A DNA stretch of 30,662 nt from an uncultured Candidatus Bathyarchaeia archaeon (GCA_964383685.1 CAYLJH010000001.1:2806-33467), one strand, 5' to 3'; positions 8,647 to 18,153 are shown, counted from the first letter of the stretch. Program-made: numbers and translations. Notes: generated from the letters alone by a model not told the origin.

Positions 8647-9093
8647 TTAAATCTCTTCTCCGGAAGACTCGTCCGTTTTTCTTAGCCATATAACACAGGA
8701 CAGTGTTCCAATGGCGACCAGAACATACGAGGCATAGTTCCAGGAATCACGGTAGAAAGTTGTCTTCACGGTCCCCGTTACCCTGTTTGGGTTCTTGAAC
8801 TCAACAAAAATGGTCTCCGTGGGGTAGACGTTGAATTTACCCGAGCCGTCATCGGTGAAGATTGTCTGAGATTCCCCGTTTGTGGTATATGTTATCTGGA
8901 TTAGCCCCGTTGTGTTCACCTTCACTATGATGTGATGTGGATAGGGGTCTTGCTCGGGGGCAGAGTAGTTGAGGAGTGTAATCTCATCGAGGGAGGGGGT
9001 AACTTGGATGGTCTCTATTTCGTAGTTTAAGTAGAAGACGAGCGCCCCAAGCAGGACCAGCACGACGCTAATGTATAGATATCGCTGCCTCAC
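8647..9093 (-). CDS. Hypothetical membrane protein (N- and C-terminal hydrophobic helices)
   Basis: 148-aa ORF with two TM-like segments flanking a beta-rich region; no family recognised. Confidence 0.65.
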   Translation of the reverse strand: MRQRYLYISVVLVLLGALVFYLNYEIETIQVTPSLDEITLLNYSAPEQDPYPHHIIVKVNTTGLIQITYTTNGESQTIFTDDGSGKFNVYPTETIFVEFKNPNRVTGTVKTTFYRDSWNYASYVLVAIGTLSCVIWLRKTDESSGEEI

Positions 9094-9187
9094 ATTTCCT
9101 CAGGAATCCAACGGGTCCAAGGATTATAACGTGGACGTTTTTAGAAACATTAATGCCTGATATCAGGCTTCAGATTTACTGTATATT

Positions 9188-10714
9188 ATGACGCTTACAA
9201 AAGAGTACGGAAAACTCCTTGATATGACCAAAGAACTCGCGGTGGTGGGCAGCGCGGGCGCTATTCTCCAGTGGGACATGGAGACCAAGATGCCGCCGAG
9301 GGGCGTCGGTTTGAAGAGCGAGCAGCTTGCCTGGATTCAGAAGATAGCGCACCAGCTGCTAACCAGGCCAAAATCAGGCAGTTTAATTGAGTCCCTCCAG
9401 AAGCACAAGGAATATGATAGTCTTGACAACGTCCAGAAGAGGAACGTGTATCTCGCCAGAAAAGCCTTTGACGAGGCTACCAAGCTTCCCGAGGACTTGG
9501 TCGTCGAGATAGCCAAACAGCAGACAATAGGTGTCAACGTCTGGAAAAAGGCCAAGGCGACTAAGAACTGGAAGCTGTTCATGCCTGAGCTGGCAAAGAT
9601 CAAGGCGCTAAAGGAGAAGGAGGCAAGCCTGTTGATGGAGATCAAGGGCGCCAAGGAGCCTTACGATGCTATGATCGACGGTTTTGAGCCAAAGATGACC
9701 GCGGCTAACATCACCCGCATCTTCGACGAGATGAAAAAGGGGCTCATCAAAGGGATGAAGAAGGTCATGGACCAGGACCAGCCGAACCCCGATTTCCTTG
9801 AGAGGCCGGTTCCCGAGGACGTTCAGGTCAAGATAGGGGAGGACATGGCGGAGTTCATGCTCTACGACATCAAATCAGAGATGGCGGGCGGCAGGATAGA
9901 TACCACAGAACACCCCTTCACCACAGGTTACTACACCGACGTCAGGATAACGACCAACTATCACGAGAACCGTTTCATCAGCAGCATATACAGCATCCTC
10001 CACGAGGGAGGCCACGCACTGTACGAGCAGGGGCTGCCAATGGAGTGGATGTACACATCAGCGGGCATGAGCACCAGCTACGGCGTCCACGAGTCCATGA
10101 GCAGGTTCATCGAGAACATGGTGGGCAGGAGCCCCGAGTTCTGGGGATACTACATGCCCAGGCTCAGGGAGTTGACCGGTGACACGTTCAAGGACGTATC
10201 CGAGGAGCAGATGCTCAAGGCCGCCAACTATGTCACACCGAGCAAGATCAGGATAGAGGCAGACGAGGTGACATACGGGATGCACATAATCATCCGCTTC
10301 GAGATCGAAAGGGATCTGTTCAATGGGGGTCTGGAGGTATCTGAGCTCCCGCAGGTCTGGAACCAGAAATACGAGGACTACCTGGGCGTCGAGATCAACG
10401 ACGACAGCGAGGGTGTCATGCAGGACACCCACTGGGCCGCGGGCCTGTTCGGGTACTTCCCAAGCTACGCGCTGGGCAACATCTACGACGGCGTCTGGCT
10501 GACAAAGCTGGAGAGGGACCTGCCCGAGTGGAAACACCACATCGCCAACGGCAGCTTCAAGGAGACAAAGGAGTGGCTCAGGGAGAACGTGTACAGGTAC
10601 GGCAACCTCTACGACCCCGAGGACTTGGTTGAGCACGTCACAGGATCGAAGCTGGTTGTGAAGCCGTTCATAAACTATCTGGAGAAAAAGTTCCAGGCCA
10701 TCTACGGGTACTAG
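9188..10714 (+). CDS. Carboxypeptidase Taq family (peptidase M32)
   Basis: HPF, HEGGH (HEXXH), HES, IRIEADEVTY, GVMQDTHW and GYFPSYALG motifs. Confidence 0.95.
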   Translation: MTLTKEYGKLLDMTKELAVVGSAGAILQWDMETKMPPRGVGLKSEQLAWIQKIAHQLLTRPKSGSLIESLQKHKEYDSLDNVQKRNVYLARKAFDEATKLPEDLVVEIAKQQTIGVNVWKKAKATKNWKLFMPELAKIKALKEKEASLLMEIKGAKEPYDAMIDGFEPKMTAANITRIFDEMKKGLIKGMKKVMDQDQPNPDFLERPVPEDVQVKIGEDMAEFMLYDIKSEMAGGRIDTTEHPFTTGYYTDVRITTNYHENRFISSIYSILHEGGHALYEQGLPMEWMYTSAGMSTSYGVHESMSRFIENMVGRSPEFWGYYMPRLRELTGDTFKDVSEEQMLKAANYVTPSKIRIEADEVTYGMHIIIRFEIERDLFNGGLEVSELPQVWNQKYEDYLGVEINDDSEGVMQDTHWAAGLFGYFPSYALGNIYDGVWLTKLERDLPEWKHHIANGSFKETKEWLRENVYRYGNLYDPEDLVEHVTGSKLVVKPFINYLEKKFQAIYGY

Positions 10715-11049
10715 CCCTCTCTTTTTACAAGTATCCCGCTCTGGGTGTACGAGTTGAGGTAGCTCAGCACGGTCTCCACCTCATCGTCGGTGCAGCCGAC
10801 GAGGATCTTTATCTCTGTATCGGATTTCAGCAGGTCGATTGTGATTATTACCCCGACCACCGCTTTATGATCCATGCTCCCGCGCCAGACATCGATGCCT
10901 GAGCCGTCTCCTCCACTCGTTCCGTCGAGGTAACCGTAATCCAGCGGGTATATCGACTCGGGGAACCTTGGATGCGATGATCCCTCTGGCCTGTCGATTA
11001 CGATCCTGTGCTTTCCGACCAGCTCGTCCAACGCCTCCCAGAAGCCCAT
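10711..11049 (-). CDS. Small inorganic-pyrophosphatase-like protein
   Basis: IDRPEGSSHPRF, YPLDYGYL and DGSGIDVW resemble family I PPase motifs; about 112 aa. Confidence 0.7.
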   Translation of the reverse strand: MGFWEALDELVGKHRIVIDRPEGSSHPRFPESIYPLDYGYLDGTSGGDGSGIDVWRGSMDHKAVVGVIITIDLLKSDTEIKILVGCTDDEVETVLSYLNSYTQSGILVKREG

Positions 11050-11097
11050 GGTGTTCACAGTCTCATTGATATCTCACCTTTACATCATTTTCTCATC

Positions 11098-12060
11098 ATG
11101 AGCCTCCCAGATGAGCTTCGCGCCCTGTACACCAAGCAGAAGTACGGGCTCGTGGGCAGCCACAGCGCGGTGAAGACCTGCCACTGGCAGAGCAGGAGCC
11201 TGAACACAAGGGGGAAGGAGAACTGCTACAAGAACAGGTTCTACGGGATACCCACCCACCGGTGCCTGCAGATGACGCCCGGCGTGGGGCACTGCACCCA
11301 GAGCTGCCTGTTCTGCTGGAGGGCGACGCCTGAGACCCTCGGGGTGGGCTGGGAGCAGACGCAGCCAATTGAATCTCCGGAGGACCCTGAGAGTATTATC
11401 GACGGCTGCATCGAGGTGCACCGGAAGCAGATGTCGGGGTTCGGAGGTAACCCAAACGTGGACAGGGAGATGTGGAAGGAGGCGTGTGACCCGATTCATG
11501 CGGCAATCAGCCTTGAGGGGGAACCAACCCTTTACCCTCGGATCGGGGAGATGGTGGCTGCCTACAAGTCGAGGGGCTTCAAGTCGGTGTTCATCGTGAC
11601 AAACGGGACAAAACCCGAGGTTCTCTCAGAGCTGGGCACTGAGCCGACCCAGCTGTACATCAGCCTCTGCGCACCGGACAGGGAGACCTATGAGAGGACG
11701 TGCCGGCCCATGATCCCCAACGCGTGGGAGAAGTTGATGGAGACCCTTGAGCTGCTTAACAGCTTCAGCTGCCCCACAGTCCTGAGGCACACACTTGTCC
11801 CGAAGCTGAACATGCATAACGCCGAGGGGTACGGCAAGCTGGCGGAGCTGAGTAACGCGACGTATATGGAGCCCAAGGGGGCCATGAGCGTGGGCGGGGC
11901 CAGGGCGCGTTTCAGCTACAAGGAGATGGCGTGGTTCCACGAGATCCAGGGGTTCGCCGCTGATATAGCGGAGGCGTCCAGCTACGGCGTCATAGACGAG
12001 CACGAGCCCAGCAACATCGTGCTCCTGAGCCGCCTTGACAGGGCAGTCAAGCTATACTAA
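11098..12060 (+). CDS. taw1: 4-demethylwyosine synthase (Taw1/TYW1 radical SAM)
   Basis: HSAVKTCHW, CYKNRFYGIPTHRCLQMTP, CTQSCLFC radical-SAM motif, ISLEGEPTLYP; start at MSLPDE. Confidence 0.93.
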   Translation: MSLPDELRALYTKQKYGLVGSHSAVKTCHWQSRSLNTRGKENCYKNRFYGIPTHRCLQMTPGVGHCTQSCLFCWRATPETLGVGWEQTQPIESPEDPESIIDGCIEVHRKQMSGFGGNPNVDREMWKEACDPIHAAISLEGEPTLYPRIGEMVAAYKSRGFKSVFIVTNGTKPEVLSELGTEPTQLYISLCAPDRETYERTCRPMIPNAWEKLMETLELLNSFSCPTVLRHTLVPKLNMHNAEGYGKLAELSNATYMEPKGAMSVGGARARFSYKEMAWFHEIQGFAADIAEASSYGVIDEHEPSNIVLLSRLDRAVKLY

Positions 12061-12079
12061 GCATTATTAACGTCGGCTC

Positions 12080-12568
12080 GTGTATGGGTTCAACATGATC
12101 GATAAAATTGGCGTAAAGACCACGATTGATGAGCTGGTGGCCTTCAAGGTCCTTCCTCCGGGTGCGGACGACGTTATTGAGGCGGCAAAGTTCAGCGGCG
12201 AGGTCTACAAGGCGGGTGCAACGCCCCACGACCCTACCATGGTCCTCTACTACGACCCCAAGGGTTCAGAGGGCTGCAGGAAGGAGGTCATGATCCCCAT
12301 TGAATCGGCGGTCTGCGGACTGGACACGAAGCAGATGCCCGTCCTCAGGGTCGCCTTCCTCGTCTTCAGCGGTACGTATAACCCCATCGAGTTCTATTAC
12401 GGGAAGCTCAACGAGTACATCGAGAAGAATGGATTGAAGCTGGGCTTCGCGATGTGCAGCATCGAGGCGGTGTACCAGCCCGATGAGTTCAACCTGAGCT
12501 ACGGTGACCTCATCGACGAGGACAACCCCGAGACTTGGCGCACCGAGATAATGGTCCCCGTGGAGTAA
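12080..12568 (+). CDS. GyrI-like small-molecule-binding domain protein
   Basis: Internally duplicated fold pattern YYD..K.EVMIPIE and DNPETWRTEIMVPVE; start may be 12095. Confidence 0.65.
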   Translation: MYGFNMIDKIGVKTTIDELVAFKVLPPGADDVIEAAKFSGEVYKAGATPHDPTMVLYYDPKGSEGCRKEVMIPIESAVCGLDTKQMPVLRVAFLVFSGTYNPIEFYYGKLNEYIEKNGLKLGFAMCSIEAVYQPDEFNLSYGDLIDEDNPETWRTEIMVPVE

Positions 12569-12605
12569 ACCCTTTTATCCTCTTCCACATTCTGTTTGTT
12601 TCGCT

Positions 12606-12679
12606 GCGTTCGTGGTATAGTGGTAGAATATTAGCCTTCCAAGCTAATGACCCGGGTTCGAGTCCCGGCGGACGCACCA
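12606..12679 (+). tRNA. tRNA-Gly(TCC), CCA encoded
   Basis: Acceptor GCGTTCG/CGGACGC, anticodon arm TTAGC-CTTCCAA-GCTAA, T-arm CCGGG-TTCGAGT-CCCGG, 3' ACCA; upstream ccttttat TATA-like box. Confidence 0.96.
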
Positions 12680-12773
12680 GTTCTTTAAAACAAACCCTAA
12701 AATGGCTTCCCTTGTTCCCGTCACTGGGTATAAGCGAAAAAAATATTTATTGTGATCAGATGAAAGTGTTTCG

Positions 12774-12806
12774 CCGGGTTCGAGCCCTCGTGGACGCGCC
12801 GTTCTT
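12774..12806 (+). repeat. Degenerate direct repeat of the tRNA-Gly 3' end (att-like scar)
   Basis: ccgggttcgagccctcgtggacgcgcc-gttctt vs 12652-12685 ccgggttcgagtcccggcggacgcaccagttctt; 28/34 identical. Confidence 0.7.
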
Positions 12807-12952
12807 GTATCAAGTAACCTGACATAAGGAGAAAAAAGGTCGGAAAAAGTCCTACTTGGTGGTAAATGGTACCATTTCTCCTACCCAGGGCTTGCCCGGG
12901 CCCCGGTATAATCTAGCCATTGAGTTATATCTCGGCGGCTCAGGGTATGGGT

Positions 12953-13666
12953 ATGCGCATCAGGGCAGTTACCTATGACCTCTGGAACACGCTGGTCCAT
13001 AACCGCAACTACGGCGAGTTTAGGTTGCCCGCGTTGAAGGGGACGCTGGTTGAGCACGGGTACGGCTTTGATGACAGTGTTGTCGAGAATGCCTACATCG
13101 GCGGGTTCCGGTACAGCGGTCGGGTCATCAGGGCGGAGGGCCACAGGCACGTCGAGACCGCTGAGATTGTGGGCGAGGTTTTGAGGCTGTTGGGTGTCGA
13201 GGACGGGGGCGTCCTTGAAAAAATAGTACCATTTTACGAGGACTCGTTCATGTGTGACCCGCCCAAGCTCAAGGAGGGAGTCTTTGAGGCACTGGAATAT
13301 ACAAAAAAGTACAGGGTCGGCCTCGTGAGCGTCACGGGCGTCAGCCCCGGCAGGCTTGTTAGGCAGGTGATGAAGGAGTACGGCATCCTCAGCTATTTTG
13401 AGGCCCTTTCCTTCAGCGACGAGGTGAAGTGGGTCAAGCCCAACGTGAAGCTGTATCAGGCGGCAACAGATGCCCTGGGAATCGCTCCCGAGGATACCGT
13501 GCATATCGGTGACAGCATGAAGGGGGATATCGTGGGGGCCATTGATGCAGGCATGAAGGTTATCTGGTTAAAGACCAAGGCGCAGCCGCGCATCGAGGGA
13601 TACGAGCCTGATGGCGTCATCACTTCTCTACTGGAGCTTCCCGCGGCCCTGCGGTCCTTGGAATAA
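12953..13666 (+). CDS. HAD-superfamily hydrolase
   Basis: TYDLWNTL motif I, VKP motif III, HIGDSMKGDIVGA motif IV; start uncertain (12920, 12947 or 12953). Confidence 0.88.
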   Translation: MRIRAVTYDLWNTLVHNRNYGEFRLPALKGTLVEHGYGFDDSVVENAYIGGFRYSGRVIRAEGHRHVETAEIVGEVLRLLGVEDGGVLEKIVPFYEDSFMCDPPKLKEGVFEALEYTKKYRVGLVSVTGVSPGRLVRQVMKEYGILSYFEALSFSDEVKWVKPNVKLYQAATDALGIAPEDTVHIGDSMKGDIVGAIDAGMKVIWLKTKAQPRIEGYEPDGVITSLLELPAALRSLE

Positions 13667-14240
13667 AAGCACCTACTTGTTTCATGTACTGCCTGTATTC
13701 TTCCCCGAATTGTTCAATCAGCATGGCCTCCTCGTAGATTGACACGAAGTAGTAGCCAAGGATCGCGATCCAGGGAACCAGTGTGACGGCGTTTCCCCAT
13801 ATCAGCGTCATCCCCACGATCATCAGCATGTAGCCGAGGTACGAGGGGTGCCGCACGAGGCTGTAAGGAGCATCAGAGATTATCCGGTGATCCCCGGACA
13901 TGGCCCAGGAGACGGCGTACCGGCCCCGCACCCTGACGCTCCATGCGTGGAGGAGCGCCCCGGAAGCGTAAAAAATGGTACCAAATATTTGGAGGGCGAG
14001 TGAAGGCACGAAAAGTGAGCCGATTGTCGTAAAAATGGTACCATATATTCCGAGATACGCGTAAAAGAGGGACTCCGCGAACAAAAATATGGTACCAATT
14101 AAAGCAATAGTGAAGGAAGGGCTCATCGGGCTCTCAGATGACTCCCTCCCCGTATCGGTCCCCTTGTGCCTGAGGACGTTCTGGAGGCTCACGCCCCAGA
14201 AGACGGCCAACGAGGAGAGTATAACAAGTGAGGGAATCAA
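13620..14240 (-). CDS. Isoprenylcysteine carboxyl methyltransferase (ICMT/PEMT-like) membrane protein
   Basis: PYSLVRHPSYLG and EEAMLIEQFGEEYRQYM motifs; multiple TM helices. Confidence 0.85.
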   Translation of the reverse strand: MIPSLVILSSLAVFWGVSLQNVLRHKGTDTGRESSESPMSPSFTIALIGTIFLFAESLFYAYLGIYGTIFTTIGSLFVPSLALQIFGTIFYASGALLHAWSVRVRGRYAVSWAMSGDHRIISDAPYSLVRHPSYLGYMLMIVGMTLIWGNAVTLVPWIAILGYYFVSIYEEAMLIEQFGEEYRQYMKQVGAFIPRTAGPREAPVEK

Positions 14241-14288
14241 AGTTGAGACAGGTTTTGATTCTTCCTCTGGGATAAGAGTGTTTTCGGG

Positions 14289-15746
14289 CTAGTCCACGTA
14301 CACCGTGATCCGTGATGGATCAAGGGTAAAGCCCCAGCCCGCTGCGTTGAGCTCATCCATTGACGCCCTCAGCCAGTAACCGAACTCCTTCTCGGCGGTG
14401 TTATCAGGGTCCATCGTTGATGTCTCGTCGCCGTTCCCCTCGCTCACGACGCAGAGGATGTTCTTTGAGGCCCAGTAATCAATGGCTACGGGGTCCGTGG
14501 AGGCCGCTATGATATTTACCTCTGTGGCGTGGTCGTACGGAGTCTTTGGCCCGTCCTTGGGTATTGCGTTGATGTGTATGGCGTCGATTATGTTGAGCGT
14601 AGGTACCCTCGTCTGTGCCATCAATGTGCCCATCCCGCCGTCACCGACGGTCCGGTGAGCCCGGTACCCCAGTCCCGCAGTGAGCTTGTCGCTTGGCACG
14701 CCCATGTAGTGCTTGATTGCCCCAGTGACCCCGTAGATCATGTGGGTCTTGAGCACCGGGACGTTGATGACCTTGAGCCTGTCAACGTCATAGTCGTCGA
14801 TCTCGGGCCGATAGATGCCGTACTTGAAGCTGACCTGCGTCCCGTAGGGCGTCGTGAACTTTGGGTACGATACCATGGTGCCCGTCGTGGAGATGACGGT
14901 GGTGTTTACCACGTAGCCGGCCTCGTCATCGCCCTCGGCGAACTCTTGGACCAGGTTTGTTGTGAACTCGTCCCAGAGGGACATGGAGACCTTGTTCACT
15001 GTTGCGTACATGTCCACAACGTCCTGGACTGATTGCCCCCTCTGGAGGGCGTTGTTCATTGGCCAGTCGAGGCTCCCGCCCTTACCAGCGCCTCCATACT
15101 GGGCCTGGCCGTTGTCGGCAACGATGATCTCGCCCTTCCAGCCGTCGGGGTGATCCAGGATGACCCGGATGATGCTGGCCACCAGATCGGTGTTAGTGCC
15201 GCCGCGCTCTCCCCACTGGCAGTTGACCTTGATGAGGACCACGTCATTGGTACCAATGAACCCCTCGGGGCCTTGCGCGATCATCTCCTTGCTTGAAAGG
15301 TAAAACGGCTGACCTTTGTCCGCCATGAGGTCGATGAGCCGGTCAACCCCGTTATCGGCCCCGTTGGTGCCCGTGACAGCGAAAATCACTGACGCGTCCT
15401 CGGCCGAAGCCCTCATCGGTTCAAGTGCGAGTTTCATTGGTGTCAAATCCTTTTCAGGGTCATCACCGCCGCCGAGGTAAATATACCCAATGGATACCAC
15501 CAGGAGGAGCATTAACAGAGGTTTCCAGTCGTCCCTGAGCCGCGATCCCCGGTCCGTTACAGCAAGGATCGGGGCGAGGTACGTCACAAGCCAAAGGTTC
15601 GCGTTCAACGCGGCCGCCTGCTGGCACGGGTAGACCGCCCGACTTGGCTTTGTGCCGGTCCTGACCGTCAGCCAGACGAGGCACGTGAGGCCGAACATGA
15701 AGAAGTTGTCCCTGAACCCGTACAGCGCACGCCTCGGAAGCCCCAT
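14289..15746 (-). CDS. DUF362-domain protein with N-terminal membrane segment
   Basis: VLIKVN, INVPVLKTH..GVTGAIKHYMG and DPVAIDY; N-terminal KPSRAVYPCQQAA; start at MGLPRR. Confidence 0.75.
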   Translation of the reverse strand: MGLPRRALYGFRDNFFMFGLTCLVWLTVRTGTKPSRAVYPCQQAAALNANLWLVTYLAPILAVTDRGSRLRDDWKPLLMLLLVVSIGYIYLGGGDDPEKDLTPMKLALEPMRASAEDASVIFAVTGTNGADNGVDRLIDLMADKGQPFYLSSKEMIAQGPEGFIGTNDVVLIKVNCQWGERGGTNTDLVASIIRVILDHPDGWKGEIIVADNGQAQYGGAGKGGSLDWPMNNALQRGQSVQDVVDMYATVNKVSMSLWDEFTTNLVQEFAEGDDEAGYVVNTTVISTTGTMVSYPKFTTPYGTQVSFKYGIYRPEIDDYDVDRLKVINVPVLKTHMIYGVTGAIKHYMGVPSDKLTAGLGYRAHRTVGDGGMGTLMAQTRVPTLNIIDAIHINAIPKDGPKTPYDHATEVNIIAASTDPVAIDYWASKNILCVVSEGNGDETSTMDPDNTAEKEFGYWLRASMDELNAAGWGFTLDPSRITVYVD

Positions 15747-15781
15747 GATAGGGACTCGGGTAGAGCGGTTTATCTGGTTTT

Positions 15782-16852
15782 CTAGGCCTGGATGCTCTTG
15801 ATTCCCTCTGTGACCATGATGTAGAGCGCCCCCAGGTTGCATGCCAGGCCGACGCTCCCCGCGATAATCGACAGTTCACTCGCTGTCTCGACGTTCATCA
15901 GCCTGAGAACCACTTTTGCGAGCTCGTGTGACTGGATTACACCGCCCACTGTCGCTACGCCCATAGGCATCGCAAGGGTGCCCACGAGATCCCCGTTCTC
16001 GGCCTTGCTCCACTTGGTGAGCGGCTTGTACGTCCCGGTAATTGAGGCGTAGCTGTGAGCTCCCGCCTCCACGGCCCTGGTGTCGTTGCTGGTCGCCAGG
16101 AGCACGCCTATGACGCCGTTCATGACGCCCTTGTTGCTCGTTGACGCCCTGTACGGGTCAGCCCATGCAAAGGCATCCGCGGATATGATGTCATCAACCA
16201 CACCAGCCCCCAGGGTTTCTGCTGGAACGCGGGCGGTTACCGTTACTACCCTCCGTGTTGCCAGGTTAGATAGTATCCTCAGGAGGGTTCGTCCACCGGT
16301 GATCCTTGCGATGGTAGGGGCTAACAGCTCGCACATGGAGTCAATCAAGTTCGCCCCCATGGAGTCCCGTACGTCCGCGAATATCTCGACGATGAGCATC
16401 ATGCCGACGGCTGTGTCCAGCCTCTTGACTTGGATGTCCACGGCTTTCCTTGTCCTTGAAAGCGTATTTGCGTCAACGAGGAGTGCCTCCTTCTCGGCGA
16501 GGACGGCTTTCTCCGCTGCGTCCATGTCCGGGACTTCCAGCACCTGTATCTGCCCGATCATGATGTTTCCTGATGTGGAGGCCGTGAACCCCTCGGGAAC
16601 CAGCCCCGCGCCGATGCTGGCCTGCATGATAACGCTCCTCTCCTCTGTGGCTATTGGTACCAATGCGGTTTTCCCGTTGATGATAAAGTTCTCAGCGACT
16701 CCGATGGGCATCTTGGTGATTCCGATGACGTTCTCGCGCATCTGGTCCGCGGTGTCCATGTCTATCCCGCCGGTGAGTGTGAATAGGTCAAGCTCCTCGT
16801 CTGAGAGTAGCTTCAGGAGTTCGGTTCGCTCGTCGCTCAAGTGGCTTCGCAT
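15782..16852 (-). CDS. Class II HMG-CoA reductase homologue, C-terminally truncated
   Basis: ENVIG, ATEE, DSMGAN, NKGVMNG, NDTRAVEAG and TVGG motifs; ends at EGIKSIQA*, without the GHM.LH flap. Confidence 0.85.
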   Translation of the reverse strand: MRSHLSDERTELLKLLSDEELDLFTLTGGIDMDTADQMRENVIGITKMPIGVAENFIINGKTALVPIATEERSVIMQASIGAGLVPEGFTASTSGNIMIGQIQVLEVPDMDAAEKAVLAEKEALLVDANTLSRTRKAVDIQVKRLDTAVGMMLIVEIFADVRDSMGANLIDSMCELLAPTIARITGGRTLLRILSNLATRRVVTVTARVPAETLGAGVVDDIISADAFAWADPYRASTSNKGVMNGVIGVLLATSNDTRAVEAGAHSYASITGTYKPLTKWSKAENGDLVGTLAMPMGVATVGGVIQSHELAKVVLRLMNVETASELSIIAGSVGLACNLGALYIMVTEGIKSIQA

Positions 16853-16923
16853 GGACTACGCGGGAGGTCAGGGATAAATGTTTCAAAAGAAGAATTTATT
16901 TTAGAGAATAGAAAAGGGAAGGT

Positions 16924-18102
16924 ATGGCTCGTAAAGCACTCCCGTTACTCTGCCTTCTGATGTTTTCATCGTTGATACCGTTCGTCTCTGGTAACGCGCC
17001 AATGATAGTCAACATGGAGTTTCGAGTCCAAGGGTCGGGGGAGGCGGTTCCCGGCCAGGGGTACAGGGTTTACGGAGAGTTCTGGAACAAGGGGCACCTC
17101 AGTAAGACTGAGGTTGTCGTAGAGGTCACACTGAAAGATGACCAAGGTGCCGTTCTTGACGTATTGACTACCATGGTCCGGCCCACGATCATTGACTCAA
17201 ATGCTAAGGCGGGGTTCCTCATCAAGAGCCCTACAACCGCATCTGTTGCCGAGGTAAAGTTCAGGGTCGTGAGTTACACGAAAACGAGGAACACCAATTT
17301 CCTCTACTTGGAGTTGTCTGATATAATGCCGCGCGATACAGGGTTCACTGCTGTACTCTCAAACACCCACGAAAACATCTACGTGTCTGAGGCGGAGGTG
17401 GTCGCATCTTTCTATGACGCTGATGGTAACGTCATTGATATCCAGAGCTACGGCGCAAATGATTACAGTCAATTTGATGCGGGAACCCGCCAAGCCTTTT
17501 TAATTGAAACAAGCAGTGAGTTTGATTCCTACAAGCTGCTCGTGCAGTGCAACAGGGCATCAAGGGTGCCATACGTTAGGATGGAGGTGGAACGCGAGGG
17601 TGCTTTCAGCTCAGAGGTGGAAGAACCCATTATACTCATCCTGAAAGACGACCCCCATAGAAGCATCGAGTACATGGACGTGATCATAACCGACCCCAAC
17701 GGCGACTCAGCTACCCAGCAGTTCTATCTTGGTGGGCTGGGAGACTATAGGTACGGTTTAACACCGGTCATTGCTGGAACCTGGAAAGTTACCGGTGTAA
17801 TGGAGCCGTATCTTGTAAACAACAGCCTTGTCCTAGTTGAAGACGGGGAGTTTGATACCGGATTCCTTGTCTGGGACCCGGACGCAGACAAGGGGAGTTC
17901 AGCAGAGACGCCTGATACGGACGACGCCTCGCAGGAGAACGATACAACTATCGTTGATGAGATAGACGAGGCCGCGTCTTCAGCGTTGGAGCTTTTGGAT
18001 AAACTTCCCGATAGCATGCAAGAAGGCATCCCAGGGTTCCCGTGGGCCTCTGTTATTGTTGCCCTTGTGGTTATTTTCATCCTCTTACCGAGGAAAAACT
18101 AG
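16924..18102 (+). CDS. Secreted cell-surface protein with FxLYD-like Ig domains and a PGF-type C-terminal sorting signal
   Basis: Signal peptide; VTLKDDQGAVLD and ASFYDADGNVID repeats; acidic linker; GIPGFP, then TM helix, then RKN. Confidence 0.7.
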   Translation: MARKALPLLCLLMFSSLIPFVSGNAPMIVNMEFRVQGSGEAVPGQGYRVYGEFWNKGHLSKTEVVVEVTLKDDQGAVLDVLTTMVRPTIIDSNAKAGFLIKSPTTASVAEVKFRVVSYTKTRNTNFLYLELSDIMPRDTGFTAVLSNTHENIYVSEAEVVASFYDADGNVIDIQSYGANDYSQFDAGTRQAFLIETSSEFDSYKLLVQCNRASRVPYVRMEVEREGAFSSEVEEPIILILKDDPHRSIEYMDVIITDPNGDSATQQFYLGGLGDYRYGLTPVIAGTWKVTGVMEPYLVNNSLVLVEDGEFDTGFLVWDPDADKGSSAETPDTDDASQENDTTIVDEIDEAASSALELLDKLPDSMQEGIPGFPWASVIVALVVIFILLPRKN

Positions 18103-18153
18103 TTTTAAAGCGCATCAAATATAATCCGCCCAGTCTTTACAAAGAAGACCAAT

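Noticed and set aside
15245-16664. Further GGTACC-centred palindromes (15245-15258, 16653-16664)
   Set aside because: Inside coding sequence and compatible with chance Gly-Thr/Val-Pro codon pairs.
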